Below are positions 50,401 through 63,890 of a stretch of DNA of 64,000 bases, in pieces. The notes beneath the pieces were generated by a model. It did not search any database and was not told where the DNA came from. It saw nothing but the letters and a program-made list of their open reading frames with translations. The DNA lies in assembly GCA_010909165.1 (NCBI GenBank), contig VJWM01000044.1, positions 620,001 through 684,000 on the forward strand, given 5' to 3'. This stretch comes from Anthoceros angustus. Taxonomy: Eukaryota; Plantae; Anthocerotophyta. How positions within the stretch are numbered: the stretch's first letter is position 1; every line of letters begins with the position of its first letter. A program made the position numbers and the translations under genes.

Positions 50401-53400
50401 CGGGCGGGATCACGTGTACGCAAGCGGATCTTGTACTTGAGCATTGCAAGGTCAGGCTAAGACCTGTTCCAATACTGTGATTTCCTTTCAAATTTTCAGC
50501 TGTTGCGTAACTAGCTAGTGTGATTTGATGTTAGACAAGGCGATAGTAGCATGGCGGGGTGTCTCGTGTAGTTGCAAGGTCAGGCCAAGACCCATTCCAT
50601 GCTGTTATTTCCTATCTCAAATTTTCAGCTGATGCGTAACCAGACTATGATGTGAAGTTAGGGAAGGCGATGGAAGAATGGTGGGGTCTCATGTACATGT
50701 ATAGCTGCAAGGTGAGGCCAAGACCCATTCCATGCTATATTTCCTACCTCAAAATTTTATTTGATGCGTAACTAGACTGTGATGTGACATTAGAGAAGGC
50801 GATGTAGGGCAGGGTCTTGGGCGAATAGGGAGTGACAAGGCCGATGCACGGTAGGAGGGACGTGTTTGGAGGGCTAGATCCGGTGTCAGAGCACAAAGAA
50901 GGCGAGTACCATCACCGCAAGTGACATGTGTTGAGTGTGGACGGTGAAAACAACGCAAGGGAGTGGAAGAGGCGGGGTGGCGAGAGGAGGATAGTGGAGC
51001 AACCAGCAGCCATGGTCAAGGCAAGGCAAAAAGCGCGTAATGGACATGAGGCGCTTGTCTAGGGGAGAGAGAAGGAGGGAGGACTTGGAGCCAAACAACC
51101 CCATGCCAACAGATAGCAAACATGGGCAGAAACTCGTAGGCACAAAAGGCAGAGTGCTCAAGGACAAAAGCGAGTGGATATCGTGGACAAAGTATGTACG
51201 TTATCCGTGTGACGATATGCTTATTTTATACAAAATAGAATATGACCGTATATCATGAAATTACCGTATAGTATATGTCACCATGAATAATACGTGTATT
51301 TTCTGAAGAATGTATTCATACATTTATGTATACATGTATTCATATGTCGGTGTGAATACATGTATTTATATGTGTATTCATACAGTATCTGGGAACTACT
51401 AAGTAAAACTAGGTATTCCATAGGGTAATAGTAGTAAAAGGAGGAAGGTAGATGGGGAGGAGGTTTGGTACCAAGCCTCCAAAAGTGTTACAAGACTTTT
51501 CTTGTAACACTTTATATTACAATCTTGTTGCAATCTTGAGAGGACAAAAGCACCTCTCACTTCATCTCAACATAATTGCAACACCATTGCAACATGGTTG
51601 CAACAAACGCTCGGTTTGGTTTCCAAGCCAAAGTGTAACAAGAGGCCCAAAAGTGTTACATGACCCCAAAATTGCAACATAAGTGTTACATCCGAGGGGT
51701 CCAAATCTTAACATAAAAATGTAACATGGTACGCCATTTCTAGTAGAAATGACTAACCTTGGAGCACTTCACACGCCTGAATCCTTATTGAGAGGGATAG
51801 AAAAGCAGATCTATATCTCTCACCTGACACTCGATACATGGTGTCTGAGCAAACAGCTTGAAGGATGCAAAACCAAGACGCCATTGCCTTAATGGTGAAG
51901 TTTAGCAAGTCGATGAGTCTCGAAACACAAAAGGCAGAGTGCTCAAGGACAAAAGCGTAAGCGTATGGTGGACACAAAGTATGTCGTTATCCGTGTGACG
52001 TATATGCTTATTTTATACAAAATAGAATATGACCGTATATCATAGGAAATTACCGTATAGTATATGTCACCATGAATAATATGTATTTTACGAAGAATGT
52101 ATTCGTACATGTATTTATGTATCTGTATATTCATACGAGTATCAGTATGAATACATGTATTTATGTATATGTGTATTCATACGAGTATCAGTGGGAACTA
52201 CTAAGTAAAACTAGGTATTCCATAGGGTAATAGTAGTAAAAGGAGGAAGGTAGATGGGGAGGAGGTTTGGTACCAAGCCTCCAAAAGTGTTACAAGACTT
52301 TTCTTGTAACACTTTATATTACAATCTTGTTGCAATCTTGAGAGGACAAAAGCACCTCTCACTTCATCTCAACATAATTGCAACACCATTGCAACATGGT
52401 TGCAACAAACGCTCGGTTTGGTTTCAAGCCAAAGTGTAACAAGAGGCCCAAAAGTGTTACATGACCCCAAAATTGCAACATAAGTGTTACATCCGAGGGG
52501 TCCAAATCTTAACATAAAAATGTAACATGGTACGCCATTTCTAGTAGAAATGACTAACCTTGGAGCACTTCACACGCCTGAATCCTTATTGAGAGGGATA
52601 GAAAAGCAGATCTATATCTCTCACCTGACACTCGATACATGGTGTCTGAGCAAACAGCTTGAAGGATGCAAAACCAAGACGCCATTGCCTTGTGGTGAAG
52701 TTTAGCAAGTCGATGAGTCTCGAAACACAAAGGACATAGATGAAATGAGGTCGAGTCCCCTGTGAAGGGTGTTGAAACTAATCTATGCGTACCAACACCA
52801 CAAGACCTGAAGTTGCCTACACCACTAGCGTACTCTCGCAATATCTTGAAAATCTTGGTCGGACCTAATCGGGCCAGGGTTAAGAGAGTTGTTAGGTACC
52901 TAAAAGGAACATCAAACATAGGCTTCAAGTTCGTGACCCTCTGGTGCCATCGAGGGACGTATACGATTCGACTCGCAGAGATGTTGATACAAGATCGCCT
53001 TCCAACTGCGTCGTTATGGTAGCGGAGGACCTATATCTGGTCTAGCAAAAGCAACCCACCGTTGCTACATCAAGCAGCACCGAGGCTGAATATCGCGTTC
53101 TTACATTTGCGGCCAAGGAGATTGCGTGGTGCAAATTGATGTTCAAGGAACTTGGGCTGCCACTTCGAGCACATGATAAAGACGACAACCGGTCAATGAA
53201 CTTGGCTAAAATCACAGATTCCACTCTGCTTCAAGCACATGGAGGTGGAGTATCATTTTATCGGACCTCATCAGTCGTGACAAATCACTGGAATATATAC
53301 CAACCGCGAAAATCCAAAGCAGATGTGTTCACTAAGCCCTCGGTGAGGGATGCACACTACGGACATATGAGAAAGGCATGGGCAGCCATGAAGGCTACCC

Positions 53401-54839
53401 AGGCCCTACCAAACCCTAGCCTACAAAGCTAGGTGCAAAGTCAATCACATCATCATCCGAACCATCGTGCTATAATCCACAGAGACTCAAATGATCTCAT
53501 CTTGTTGAAGGGAAGAGTCTCAAATTTGCTCCCATGAGGCGGGTTTAATGACTCGAAAGTCTTCCCACCAGGCGAGGTGAATTTCGGCCTTCTCTCCGGT
53601 AGGAGATCTTCTCCTTAGTCTCCGGCTCTCTTCTTCATCAAGGCGTTCCTCGGACCACAGCCGAGTGAGTGGGAGCAAGCACACAAACATGGTTAGGCAG
53701 ACACAAGGATACAAGCTGCAAATGAGCTTGTTCAAGCTAAATAAGGCAACAGGGAAGATTGCCACAAATGATTCAACTTATCAGAAACCGACAACGGTTT
53801 GTCAAAGCACAGGAAATTCGGACACGTGCATGTTCATCTTGAGACCGTGGTTATGCACTGTACCAAATTGGGCTTCACACCCAGCCGAGCCAAGGGTGAC
53901 TATTCTCGTCTCCGACAAAATACCTTTGGGCTCGGGAAATCTGGGTGGTGCGAGATGTGGTTCTCCAGAGGCATAGCGAAACTCACCTCTCTCACACCTG
54001 CGGGCATCAAATGTAGCTCGAGAAAACAACTGGCTTACAGGCTGCTGGGGTGCAGGACGACGGTGTGGACCTCCCATCTCAGCTCTTGCTGCTGAGGCCG
54101 TGGCCTCGCCTGCTGCGACTGATGCAGCTGCACGGCGCCGCTCCTCAAGCACAACTTTTGTTGTTCCTTTAGGCCTGACCCTAGGGCAGCCAGTGCCGCC
54201 AGTTGCGGCTCACGCGCCTGCAGCCGCCTACGCCTTCACTTCACTCGTGCGGAGGAGGCGATCGTTCTAACCAGCGAACGCCCAGAGCATCCCTCCGTAG
54301 ACACGGCGCGTGAACTCGGATCAGCGGCAGACTCGAGATGAAGACATCCTGGCTAGGCACCTCAGTATACGCTCCAGGACTCGTGACAGAATGAAGACGG
54401 GAACGTAAAAGCAAGCTAATATGCTCATGGCACACCTGTAAGGGACCGCCTTCGTCTTTATTACGCTCTGTTGGGGCCGCTGTCACCGGTATCACACACA
54501 CGCACTCGAGCTCAATAGCCGCAGTCTTCACAAGGTGCTCGCGGAGAAGAAGACTGTACACTATGCAATAATCAACAAGTGGGAGTATTGAAGATAGGGT
54601 GTTGAGTTATTACATAGAGTTTTAATATATCCGTTATATAGTATGTGTATATATATAGCTTTATTTAAATAGCTTACCCTTTCATTAGGGTTGCGTCCCT
54701 AGGCCAAAGGTCATGTCTCTTGGCTACTAGAATAAGTCTAGTTGCTACAATTAATACTCACTTATGTCTTTATGCACATATATACAATAATGTAATTGAT
54801 AAATACTCAATTGGTTTGCACCATTATCATATTTCCACA
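44463..54839 (+). mobile_element. Copia family B (unit 2), LTRs 44463-44716 and 54586-54839, TSD AGATT
   Basis: AGATT|TATTGAAG ... TTTCCACA|AGATT. PBS TGGTATCGAGC at ~44717. ORF 47252..47689 IEPQSYEEAL...EWKKAIQLEYDSLIKNGTWEL. Confidence 0.92.
48165..51745. mobile_element. CACTA-like element (unit 2); right end duplicated again, ending 52546
   Basis: GAA|CCCTACTAGAAATGGC ... GCCATTTCTAGTA|GAA. Confidence 0.78.
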
Positions 54840-56948
54840 AGATTCTCCTATAAGGGCATGCTCGGTTGCGCCATCCCAGCTCAGGTCGTCCCACCGCCCC
54901 GCCGAGTCTCGTGAAGCCGTTAAAGGCGCTTCCGCTACCTCCACGTTGCCTCTCCTTGGCGCTCCTCCTGCTTGCCGCTTTCGCCCGCCATGGACCGGAG
55001 TTCTCCTTTTGCCTTCCGTAGGCGGATCAGCAGCTTCTGCTCTTCCTTTAGAGCCCTCTCCTGCCCTGCCATTTTCTCCTTCAGGGCCGCCATATCCAGT
55101 TCTAGCCGCCCAGGTAACTCCGCTCGACGCCTAGTGTCGTCCAGCTCTTGTTCCAGCTCGGCGACGTCTTGCTCCTTGCTGCGCCGGCGACTCTCCTCCG
55201 CCCTCCAGCAGAGCTGGAGTCACTCTATCTCCCGCTCATGATCCTCAATTCGTCCTTGGAGGAGTCCATTAGTTCTTCCACTACCCAGTCACAGCCTCCA
55301 GTCTCTTTCTAGCCCTCCAACTCTTGGCGCTCCTTCCAAATCCTGAGCTACGTGAGGTCCCCAACTCTTGGCGCCGCTTCCATCTCTCACCACGGCCACG
55401 CAGCTTGCTTTGCGGCCGCTCCGCCGGCTTCAGTGGCGCTCACGCCGCCTCCTCCATCTATTCCTATCCCGACTAGTGGTCCCGGTCTTTCGTGACCTCC
55501 TCCTCTCTCGCCCCTTGGTGAGCCTCCTGCTCGCCTCTCACAGCCAGGCAAATTCTTTGGCCCTCTCCGCCCCCTCCGCTTCCTCTCTTGCCACTTCCTT
55601 CTCCGCTAGGTCCTCCGCTTGCGCCTCCCGAGCATGCTTGATTGCGCCATTTGGAGCACCTTGGCCCCTGCCTGGGCGGACCTTGCCTGCTTTCACGGGG
55701 TTCGCTTCTCCTCCTCGACCCTAGCGAGGACTCCGCCTTCCTCTTAGCAGGTCGCCTCCAGCCTTGAGCTCCACCATTCGCCTTGGGTGGCCTCCACTTC
55801 TTGGGTCTTCTCTCGTCCCGAGTCCCCAGCATGCCGTCCATGACGGCCACCAAAACTCGCCGTGTCTCCTCCACGGCCACCGCTAGCGAGACCCCCAAGA
55901 AGTCCGCCGAGGGCGTAGGCGTCTCCCGGTCCGTTAAGGACCGCCATACCGCCGTCCGGAGCGAGTCCGGATTAGGGACTCCTTACTCAATCAGGACCCT
56001 CAGGTCCTGTCCGTCCTAAGTCGGCGCTTCCACCTCCTTGGCTCTTTTCGCCGCTAGCTCCTTCTCCGCACGTCTTCGCTTGGGGTCCGGAGGAGGCGAG
56101 GGAGTCGAGGCAGCCGCTTCCCCTGCGTGGGGATAAGGCAGCTCGGGGTGGGGTTCTTTCGTGACCCCGGCGCCTTGGGCGGCATCATGTTCCACCCTCC
56201 TCACTGCCTCTTCTGCCTCCTGCCACTCCGTTGGCAAAGGTAAGGGCACCGGAGCTGTCCTTGGGACGGTGGAATTGGGCGCCTGTTTCCTCTTCTTCGC
56301 TTCCCTCCAGGTCCGTCTAGGCTTGGCGGCTTGGTTCGGAGCAGGTTGCGGGGCCGCTGGGACGAGGGCCACCATCTCCATCCCCGTCGTAGTAGCCCCT
56401 GAGGATGGCTGTTCTGGTGGGGGAACCAAGAGAAGGGAAGCGGGAATATCCTCCCATACTTCCTTGGAGGAGAGGGGTCCGCCTCCACGATGGAGTCCTG
56501 GAATTCCCTCCCGCCTCGCCTTCTTGGGTGCGCCTTGCCTTGGGCGGCCGGCCCGATTCTGCGCTCTTTCTCCCGCTCCCGCCGGCAGAGTCGCCGCCTT
56601 CCGGAGGCGCCGCCTCCTCCTCCCCTTCCTTTAGAAGGTTGAGGTGTCCCCACACATGGACAATCAACGGAGACAACGCCAACGAGGGTGGCCTCTCGTT
56701 CCTCAACTTCCTCGACTCCTGAGCAATACGAGCGAAGATGATCTGCCTCCAATCCGCCCTCTTGCCCCTCTAAAGGGCGTGTAGGAAGACTGTGGTGACC
56801 ACATGGGTACTCAGACCCCCTCGGAAAGGAGTGTTTTTTTTGTTTTGTGTTTAAGTTGTGAGAATCGTGTGGAGTTGGAATGTGAAGTAGGTTAGGAAAT
56901 AAGAAAAGTCTACTAGAGCCTAGTAGGAGGAAGAGAGTCTAGTCACGA

Positions 56949-58893
56949 TCAGGCCGGAACCTTGGAGGGTTGGTCTCGGCCGGTTGCTAACGCAGTTGCT
57001 AGGGCCGTTGCTAGCAGGACTGTTGCTATGATGACAACAAACTGAGCCTGTTGCTATGGTAGCAACCAAGTCGGAGTTATTTTCCGATAAATTCGGAAAC
57101 CTATTTGGGCGAAATCACGAAATACCCGAGCAGAAGTGAGGGGAACATGGAGGTACTTGATCCATGCCCATGCCTGACCTTTGGATCCTACCTATGGGTT
57201 GGACTCTTATGGAGGAGACTTTCAGCCGACCCATCCAGGATTCAAGAGCTCACCGAGGAGGAGTACCAGGCTATGCTGCGAGCACAAGAGAGGGAGGAGT
57301 CCAGCTCTGAGGAGGTGGAGATTTTGTGGGAGAGTTTGCCCAACCAGCCAAGAGGGAGGAGAGCAAGAGGAGAGCATGGGGCTAGGAGGCCTAGGAGGCC
57401 TAGGAGAGATAATAGGGGTAAGTGACCCTGAAATAGCTGTAGGCCCATGTGCTATAGATAGACTGTAAATCTTATCTTCTCTCTTAGTGGACAGAATTAA
57501 GAGATAGGCCTCTAGGACTGGTAGGCTAAGACTGATTGGTATTTTTGGCAAGCTACTTTGTGGGTGATCTTGGGTATAAGAGGCCCTCTTGATGAAATGT
57601 AAGCAATGTTGGTTTAAGGTCTTGGTGTTTGGGCAGCACGGGGTTTGGGGGTACCGGATCCGTCTTTGTAAGTCTAGAACTGTTTCTTTGTCACAGGAGA
57701 AGCCAAGAAGACCACCAAGTTGCCTAGATCTGGCGGATCCGCAAGGTGGTGGAAAGCAAGGGAGGAGCCTTGAGGTCTCCTTGGAGGAGTTTCAAGGTCA
57801 AGAGGAAGGGGTTGTGAAGCCGGGAGGCTGTCGGACTCTTCCTCATTCCCTTCTAGTCTAGTACTCACCTTGTGTTTTGAGTTTTCGGTGTGTTGGAGGT
57901 CGGGTGTTTGGGAGAAGAGAGGCGGGAGCCGTGTGTGAGGAGAAGACAAGGCGGGGAGCACTGTGTGGAGGAGAAGTCAAGGAAAGTCAAGTGAGTTGGA
58001 GGCCCGTGGGCTTGTGTGTTTGGAAAATGAGAGGAAAAGTGAGAGAGAAGTGGAGAATCTGGACATGGAGAGTTGCTGATTGGCTGTTTGAGAGGAGTAA
58101 GAAGGACTGGAGAAGTCTGTAAGTGATGTTTGTGTTCTTGAAGAAGTGAGTGGAGGTTGAAGATCCGTGAGTGGATGAGACGGAATGATTGCGGGGGTAG
58201 GTGAACAAGTATTTTGAGAGTTGGTGAAGTGCTGTAAGGGCCTGGATGAGAACCTTGTAAGGGGCTGGAGAGGTCTTGTGGAGAAGTGGAGATTGAATGG
58301 GGCGGTGAGGTGTGAGCAAGGAGAGTTGAAGAGAGTTCTTTGGGAGACTTGGAGAGTGTGGGGAGGATTGCAGAGGCACCTCAAGGGGCTGTGAGAGCTG
58401 GAGAGGTCTGTATGGAGCTTGGAAGGTGAGCTGAAAGGCGGAGGAGAGACAAGGAAGTCAAGAAGTCTTTGCAAGAGAAAGGGGTAGTTGTGTGGTGCAA
58501 CCCTTTATCGTGAGTTGTCCTAGGTTTAGGTTTAGAGATTAGGGTTAGGCTGCTTAGGTTGTCCATAAATAGTGTGTGGAAAAGGTGACACGTGGCTAAC
58601 TCGATTGGTGGATCTAACTTTGTGGATAGATAAGAGAGGGTGTCCAACCTTATCCACTTGGATCCCCAAGTGGGTCCCACCTTCTATTAATAGCCAGACT
58701 GATCCCAAGGTGGACCCCACTCTGCTAAAATAGAGGGTGGTTGCTAAGATAGCAAGGTACACGTTGCTAAGGTAGTTGGTCGGCGTGGCTAAGATAGCCA
58801 GTGTCCGAGTGTTGTTAGGGTAGTAGCACAGTGCTAGCTAGATGTTTGGTGTGTCGTGTTTGGTTGGATTGGCTATGTTTGGTTGTCTTGACA
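56949..58893. mobile_element. Partial purine-rich LTR-like element (unit 2)
   Basis: Homologous to 28093-30075, ends TTGACA. Confidence 0.45.
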
Positions 58894-60088
58894 CGAAATC
58901 ACTCCCTTAGTCTCAAGTCTACAACGATAAAGAGGGTAAATGTGGCCTCTTTGTGACCACTTGGTTTAGAAAATCACTCCACAAAGACCAACAAATTGTC
59001 ACCAAGGTGGTCTACCTTGGTGAGCATGTTCCAGTGGACGATAATCTTTGCCACTGCCCTCACTCGTCGATCCAGTAAGTCCGACATGAGTCATTTGTTG
59101 GAGGACCGCTGCGTCCCCGGCCTCAAGAGGGCCACCTTAGAGGTCTCCACATTCCCCTTCACCTTTAGGGGCTCCGGCACTACGCCCCCTACCTCCTCTG
59201 CTGGGCGATCATAGACCGCCCTAAGGACTTCCACAGTCCACCTCCTCGGGTCCTCCCAAACTCTTAGAGCGGACAAACTTGGTGGTCGCCAACATCTTTC
59301 GGGCGATTCCGGACCACGCCACGCTATCAAAGGTCCGTATCTTAGAAAATATCTAGGTGCCACTCTACACCAACTCCTCCACCTTGGCCAGCAGGATCAA
59401 AATCGTAGCACCCAGCAGATGTTCTTCTCTACAGCGCCAGGCTCCCATACCTCCGCCGCCTTCTTGTCCCATGCACTCGCCGATCGAGGATGGTGGGCAG
59501 GATACTCCGCCAAGTTCAAGTGATGGCCGTCAAGGCGATACGCTTGGGCGTCAAGAGAAGGCGCCAAAGAACGGATGTCTCGAGCGCGGCCTTCTTGAGA
59601 AGATGGTCGAGAATGGCCTTCTCTCGTCGGAGGCGAGTACGCGCTGAGAGGCGTCCTTCGATCGCCAGAGTCCCGTACTCTAGCTTTATGTCGCCGCCTT
59701 CTTGGCGCATGTCCTGGGTCGTGGTTACCGCCTATAACGGCCGACAACTCGCGGTCCCGTCCCCTGCATGCCCTCCTCTCAAGACTGCGCACGTGGCCTC
59801 TTACCTATTACGCCCACCTCTTTTCGCAGCTACCTTTCCCATCGAACTTACCGTGTTCTACTCCTGGGAGTTTAGTCCGAGTAGCCTACTCCGGAGCTTA
59901 GTCCGAGTGGCCCACCCGAGGCCCGCTGCACCCCATCTCCTTCGCCATCGCCATTGTCCATCGCCATTCCCCCTATTCAATCTTATTTCCCTGTTTCCGC
60001 CTTATTTTCCACCCACACACTAACGAAAACCAAAAAAACTGCCTATTACCTTGCTAAGGGGGAGTCCACAGTTCTCTCCTTGTCCACA
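58894..60088 (-). mobile_element. Third GC-rich family member (unit 2)
   Basis: Ends ...GAGTCCACAGTTCTCTCCTTGTCCACA, i.e. TGTGGAC on the minus strand, abutting copia C RNase H. Confidence 0.6.
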
Positions 60089-61460
60089 GGGATCCATGCG
60101 GCAAACCGCCATAGCACTCTTCTCCACCGAATTTGAGTACATGGCTGCGATGCTTGCCACCAAGCGCATTGTTGACCGCATCAGGCTCCTTGATGAACTT
60201 GGTGTGATGCATGAGAAGCCAGTGGTCATCAAGATAGACAACCAATCGCTCGCCTTCCCGACAACCCAAGTTTAGTTCGGTGCAAGCACATCGATCTCCA
60301 ATATCACTATGTGTAGAAATGTGCATCAAGAGGCGTGCGACTCGAGGCATTGCCCGAGCTTAGTCCGAGTGGCCCACCCGAGGCCCGCTGCACCCCATCT
60401 CCTTCTGCCGTCCATCGCCATTGTCCATCGCCATTCCCCCTATTCAATCTTATTTCCCTGTTTCCGCCTTATTTTCCACCCACACACTAGAAACCAAAAA
60501 CCGCCTATTACCTTGCTAAGGGGAGTCCACAGCTCTCCTTGTCCACGTGGATCCATGCAAACCGCCATAGCACTCTTCTCCACCGAATTTGAGTACATGG
60601 TGCGTTGCCACCAAGCGCATTGTTGACCGTGCATCAGCTCCTTGATGAACTTGGTGTGATGCATGAGAAGCGGTGGTCATCAAGATAGACAACCAATCGC
60701 TCGCCTTCCCGACAACCCAAGTTTAGTTCTGCAAGCACATCGATCTCCAATATCACTATGTGTGCGAGAAATGTGCATCAAGAGACGGGGACTCGAGGCA
60801 TTGCCGTTGTGAGCTTATGGGGCGGACATCTTGACTAAGAGCCTCGTGACAAACACCTAGTCCGTATAGCCCTACTAGGAGTTAGTGGTCTTCCTTATCA
60901 AGATGATAAGCTAGCCTAACATACTTAGCCTGAGGGGGAGTATTAGAATATCAGTCTAGTTAAGTTAGGCTATCCTCCTACTCCAAGAGTCACACCCTTT
61001 CGAGGTGACTATAAGAGATATTGTAACCAAGTACAATTATTTAATCATTCTTACTTTCTCTCCTCATGTGTTAGCATCACACCCACTAATCCTATATGGC
61101 GTGAAACAGTCTGCTAGGATCTGGAATGGCCGCGTTGAGAAAAAGTTATGTGCACTTGGCCGCGTTGGCAAAAAGTTATGTGCACTCGGTTTTGTTCCTT
61201 TAACAATCGGTTGCAGAATCTACATCATGTGCAAGGCAAACCAACTCTGCACTATTGCTTTAGATGTTGATGACAACTTTATCTTCGCTAGTGATGAAGA
61301 AATACTTTTCAGTATCAAGTCACTCCTTTCCGAAGAGTGGGACATGACTACTGTGGGACCTCTTCACTTTGCTCTTGGTATTCAATTCCACTTCAACGTG
61401 ATTGATTCCTCTATTATCCTCGCATCAAAACACTTCGGGAAAATTCTAACTATTGTCTAA
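60089..61460 (+). mobile_element. Copia C 3' end (LTR from 60941) and copia D RT fragment (unit 2)
   Basis: STEFEY RNase H motif, PPT GAGGGGGAG|TATTAG, ORF 61005..61460 with YGVKQSARIWN. Confidence 0.82.
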
Positions 61461-61969
61461 CATTTTTTGTTGGTTGTTGTCTATAGTTTTACTCTTTGCC
61501 ATCTATCCAACATGCAAAAGTTTGATGATTATGTTGAAGTCATTTGAAACTTGCTAGCTGGACTATATGTTAGAACCTCGAGTGTAAAGGATTATCTTTA
61601 CAACCGGATTTGCAAGTCCATGGGATATTAAGCTACCTACTTCGTAGTTTGATTTTCAAATTTTTGGATGATGAAAGAATTATGGAAAGTGATGGTTGGG
61701 ATATTAAGCTACCTACTTCAAAGTTTGATTTTAATTTATTAGATCATAAAAGAATTATTGAAAGCGATCTTTGTTTGAAAGCAACATGTGATTGTACAAA
61801 ATAGCCAGATCCTTTGGGATTCCGAAGAAAAATGGGGATCAATGATTTATGGATAGGTAGTAAAGGGCATGACTAGCTAGTGCAAGAGACGTTACAAAGC
61901 AACACCAAGAGGGCCTTGGATGTGCGAGCTGTGCAAAAAATGTTCAACATGGAGAAGCTGCTGCCATCC

Positions 61970-63435
61970 TTATTGGAACGGCAATATTTGGAGTTCGACG
62001 CTCGCAGAGAGCCACCTAAGTGCGGGAGGGAAGCCATTCGTCGCCGTCAATGTAACCGAATCCAATGAAGGGCGCAGCCTGGGCTCTGGTGAGCCTTCTC
62101 GCCCACGTGGGCCAACTGGCGGTGCCGGCGCCCGGGCCAAAGGTGGCGTATTCTCCGTAGAAGACAGTCCTGCAGGGGGAAGGCACCATCAGCCCGCATT
62201 CTCGCTGTATGCAATTCATGCTGGTGAAGCCGATTAACTCTGGGGTTCGATTTCCCCAGGGCAGCGAGCGGACTAGACTCCAAGACATGAGGGATGCAAT
62301 TCCATGCAAAAGCTTGCAATCTCGGAATCAAAGTCCGACTTACTTGTCGCGGCCAGGAGTGTTCCAGTCGTTCCAGCCGGTGGGAGTGATGATGTCGGCG
62401 ATGAAGGTATAGATGTAGACAACGCGGGAGTAGGGGCCCCAGGCGCGGCCGAGGTAGAGGGACCCGGAACCCGTCACGACGCAGCCCACGAAGGAGAAGC
62501 CGCCGGCATCGGTCGGGGTGAGACGTTTCTGGGCGGTGAGCGAGCCGAAGGTCTTGGCGACCGAGTGGAGGTGGCATTTACGATAGAGCGAGCGGCCGTC
62601 GCCGAAGATGAAGTCGATCGATCCCTCGATGTAGCTGTTGTAGAAGTAGTGCCTGCCCTGGTGATCGTAAAGCGTGTCCTGCCCGCCACGACGCTCACAT
62701 TGTAGAGCGCTGCTTTGTCCCCGCTCAGCCTGAGCGCCACCGCCTGCTGCCCCACGGCCCCGGCGCCTGCAGCGGCGCCGAGTTCCGGAAGCTGATCCCG
62801 GCCGCCACGAAGTTGTCGGAATTCACCGCGAAGGTGGCGCTGCCGAAGGTGCTCAGCACCTTCCCGCCTCTCTTGCTGGAGGCGGTGTCGCCCCACACGA
62901 TCTCCGTCGTCCTGGCGTCCTCGCCTCGCAGCGTGACGAAGGGCGTGCTGCTGGGGATGATCACCTTCTCCCTGGAACGGTGCAGCTCAGGTCAAGTGAC
63001 GGGACGCAAGAACGCGGAATCGGCATTGCGGTGCACTTACTTGTAGGATCCGGGCTTGACAAAGATGGTGACGCGCCGGGTGTTGCCCTTGGGGACGGCG
63101 TCCACTGCCGCCTGCACCGACCGGAAGTTGCCGGAGCCGTCCAGGGCCACGGTGATGAAGGTGCTGAGCGTGGGGGGAGGTTTGGGCTTGGCACCGCTGC
63201 CGGCGAGCGACCCGGTGTCGCCGTCCACGCTGTCCAGTCCAGGATTCTGGGAGAAATCGTAGACTTGCTTCTCTCCGCTTTGGATGGCCTTGAGCCAGGC
63301 CTGGTAGTCCGCATCCGGGTCGTTGGCCAGAGGAGCCCCCCGCACGCACACGGCCATGGAGATGGAGATGGCCAAGGCCGCCATCAGCAACGCGGTCGCC
63401 CGCATTCTCAACCCGACATTCGTCGATTTCTCCAT
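61970..63435 (-). CDS. PME: Pectin methylesterase copy 3; exons 63435-63041, 62971-62344, 62169-61970
   Basis: Exon 1 is fully open (ORF 63037..63435, MEKSTNVG...KPGSYK) and splices in frame to EKVIIP. Introns 63040-62972 and 62343-62170. PME motifs as in the other copies. Confidence 0.93.
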
Positions 63436-63890
63436 CGATCGGAATCCTGGGAATGCTCAGCTCGACTGCGCCGGTGCCGCCTGCCTCTCCTCCGATGTGG
63501 ATTGCCGAGGAGGAAGCTGGAGAGGTGGATGAGGAGAAGCACTGCCCCAGCACTGCTTATAAGGCGCCCGGCAATCCAAGGCGCCGCAGATACTGCGCAT
63601 TACTTGTTAGCTGCTACAGGGTAGGCTGGGCTATTGCGTACGTCAACCACGCACCACGCTCTGGTCGATCATGTTCGACATTCGCTGCCCAGGTTGCTTG
63701 GACACGGTTTTGTCCGTTTGTTTAGTACTACGTTGCGAAACAGTGCACAGGTAGCACCGGCCCTGGTAGGTGAGTCTTCGGGCTCGCAAGAATCCCAGCC
63801 AGCTAGCATAAGCTCCATGCCCTTCACGTCCATGTTCCCAAGACTTACTGTCTGTCGTGGGCACTTCATTATTGAATCCTCGCCTGCTTG
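63436..63890 (-). promoter_or_regulatory. Diverged paralogous upstream/promoter region of PME copy 3
   Basis: Alignable to 2253-2865 only in blocks, e.g. CTGCCTCTCCTCCGATGTGGATTGCC, GAAGCTGGAGAGGTGGATGAGGA, CTTATAAGGCG, CCAGGTTGC.TGGACACG, AGCCAGCTAGCA, ATTGAATCCTCGCC. Confidence 0.6.

Larger units (their letters stand above)
43590..56948 (-). mobile_element. Second GC-rich family member (unit 2), segments ~43590-44457 and 54845-56948
   Basis: ORF 44172..44438 (LRAHVEEAIQLVDSDFTYYHAELL), 55473..55898 (VEETRRVL) and 56016..56429 (EKELAAKRAKE). Confidence 0.7.
32635..61817. repeat. Segmental tandem duplication unit 2 (~29.2 kb)
   Basis: Colinear with unit 1. Lacks the 3.86-kb internal duplication but has extra 785-bp and 462-bp duplications. 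Confidence 0.9.
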
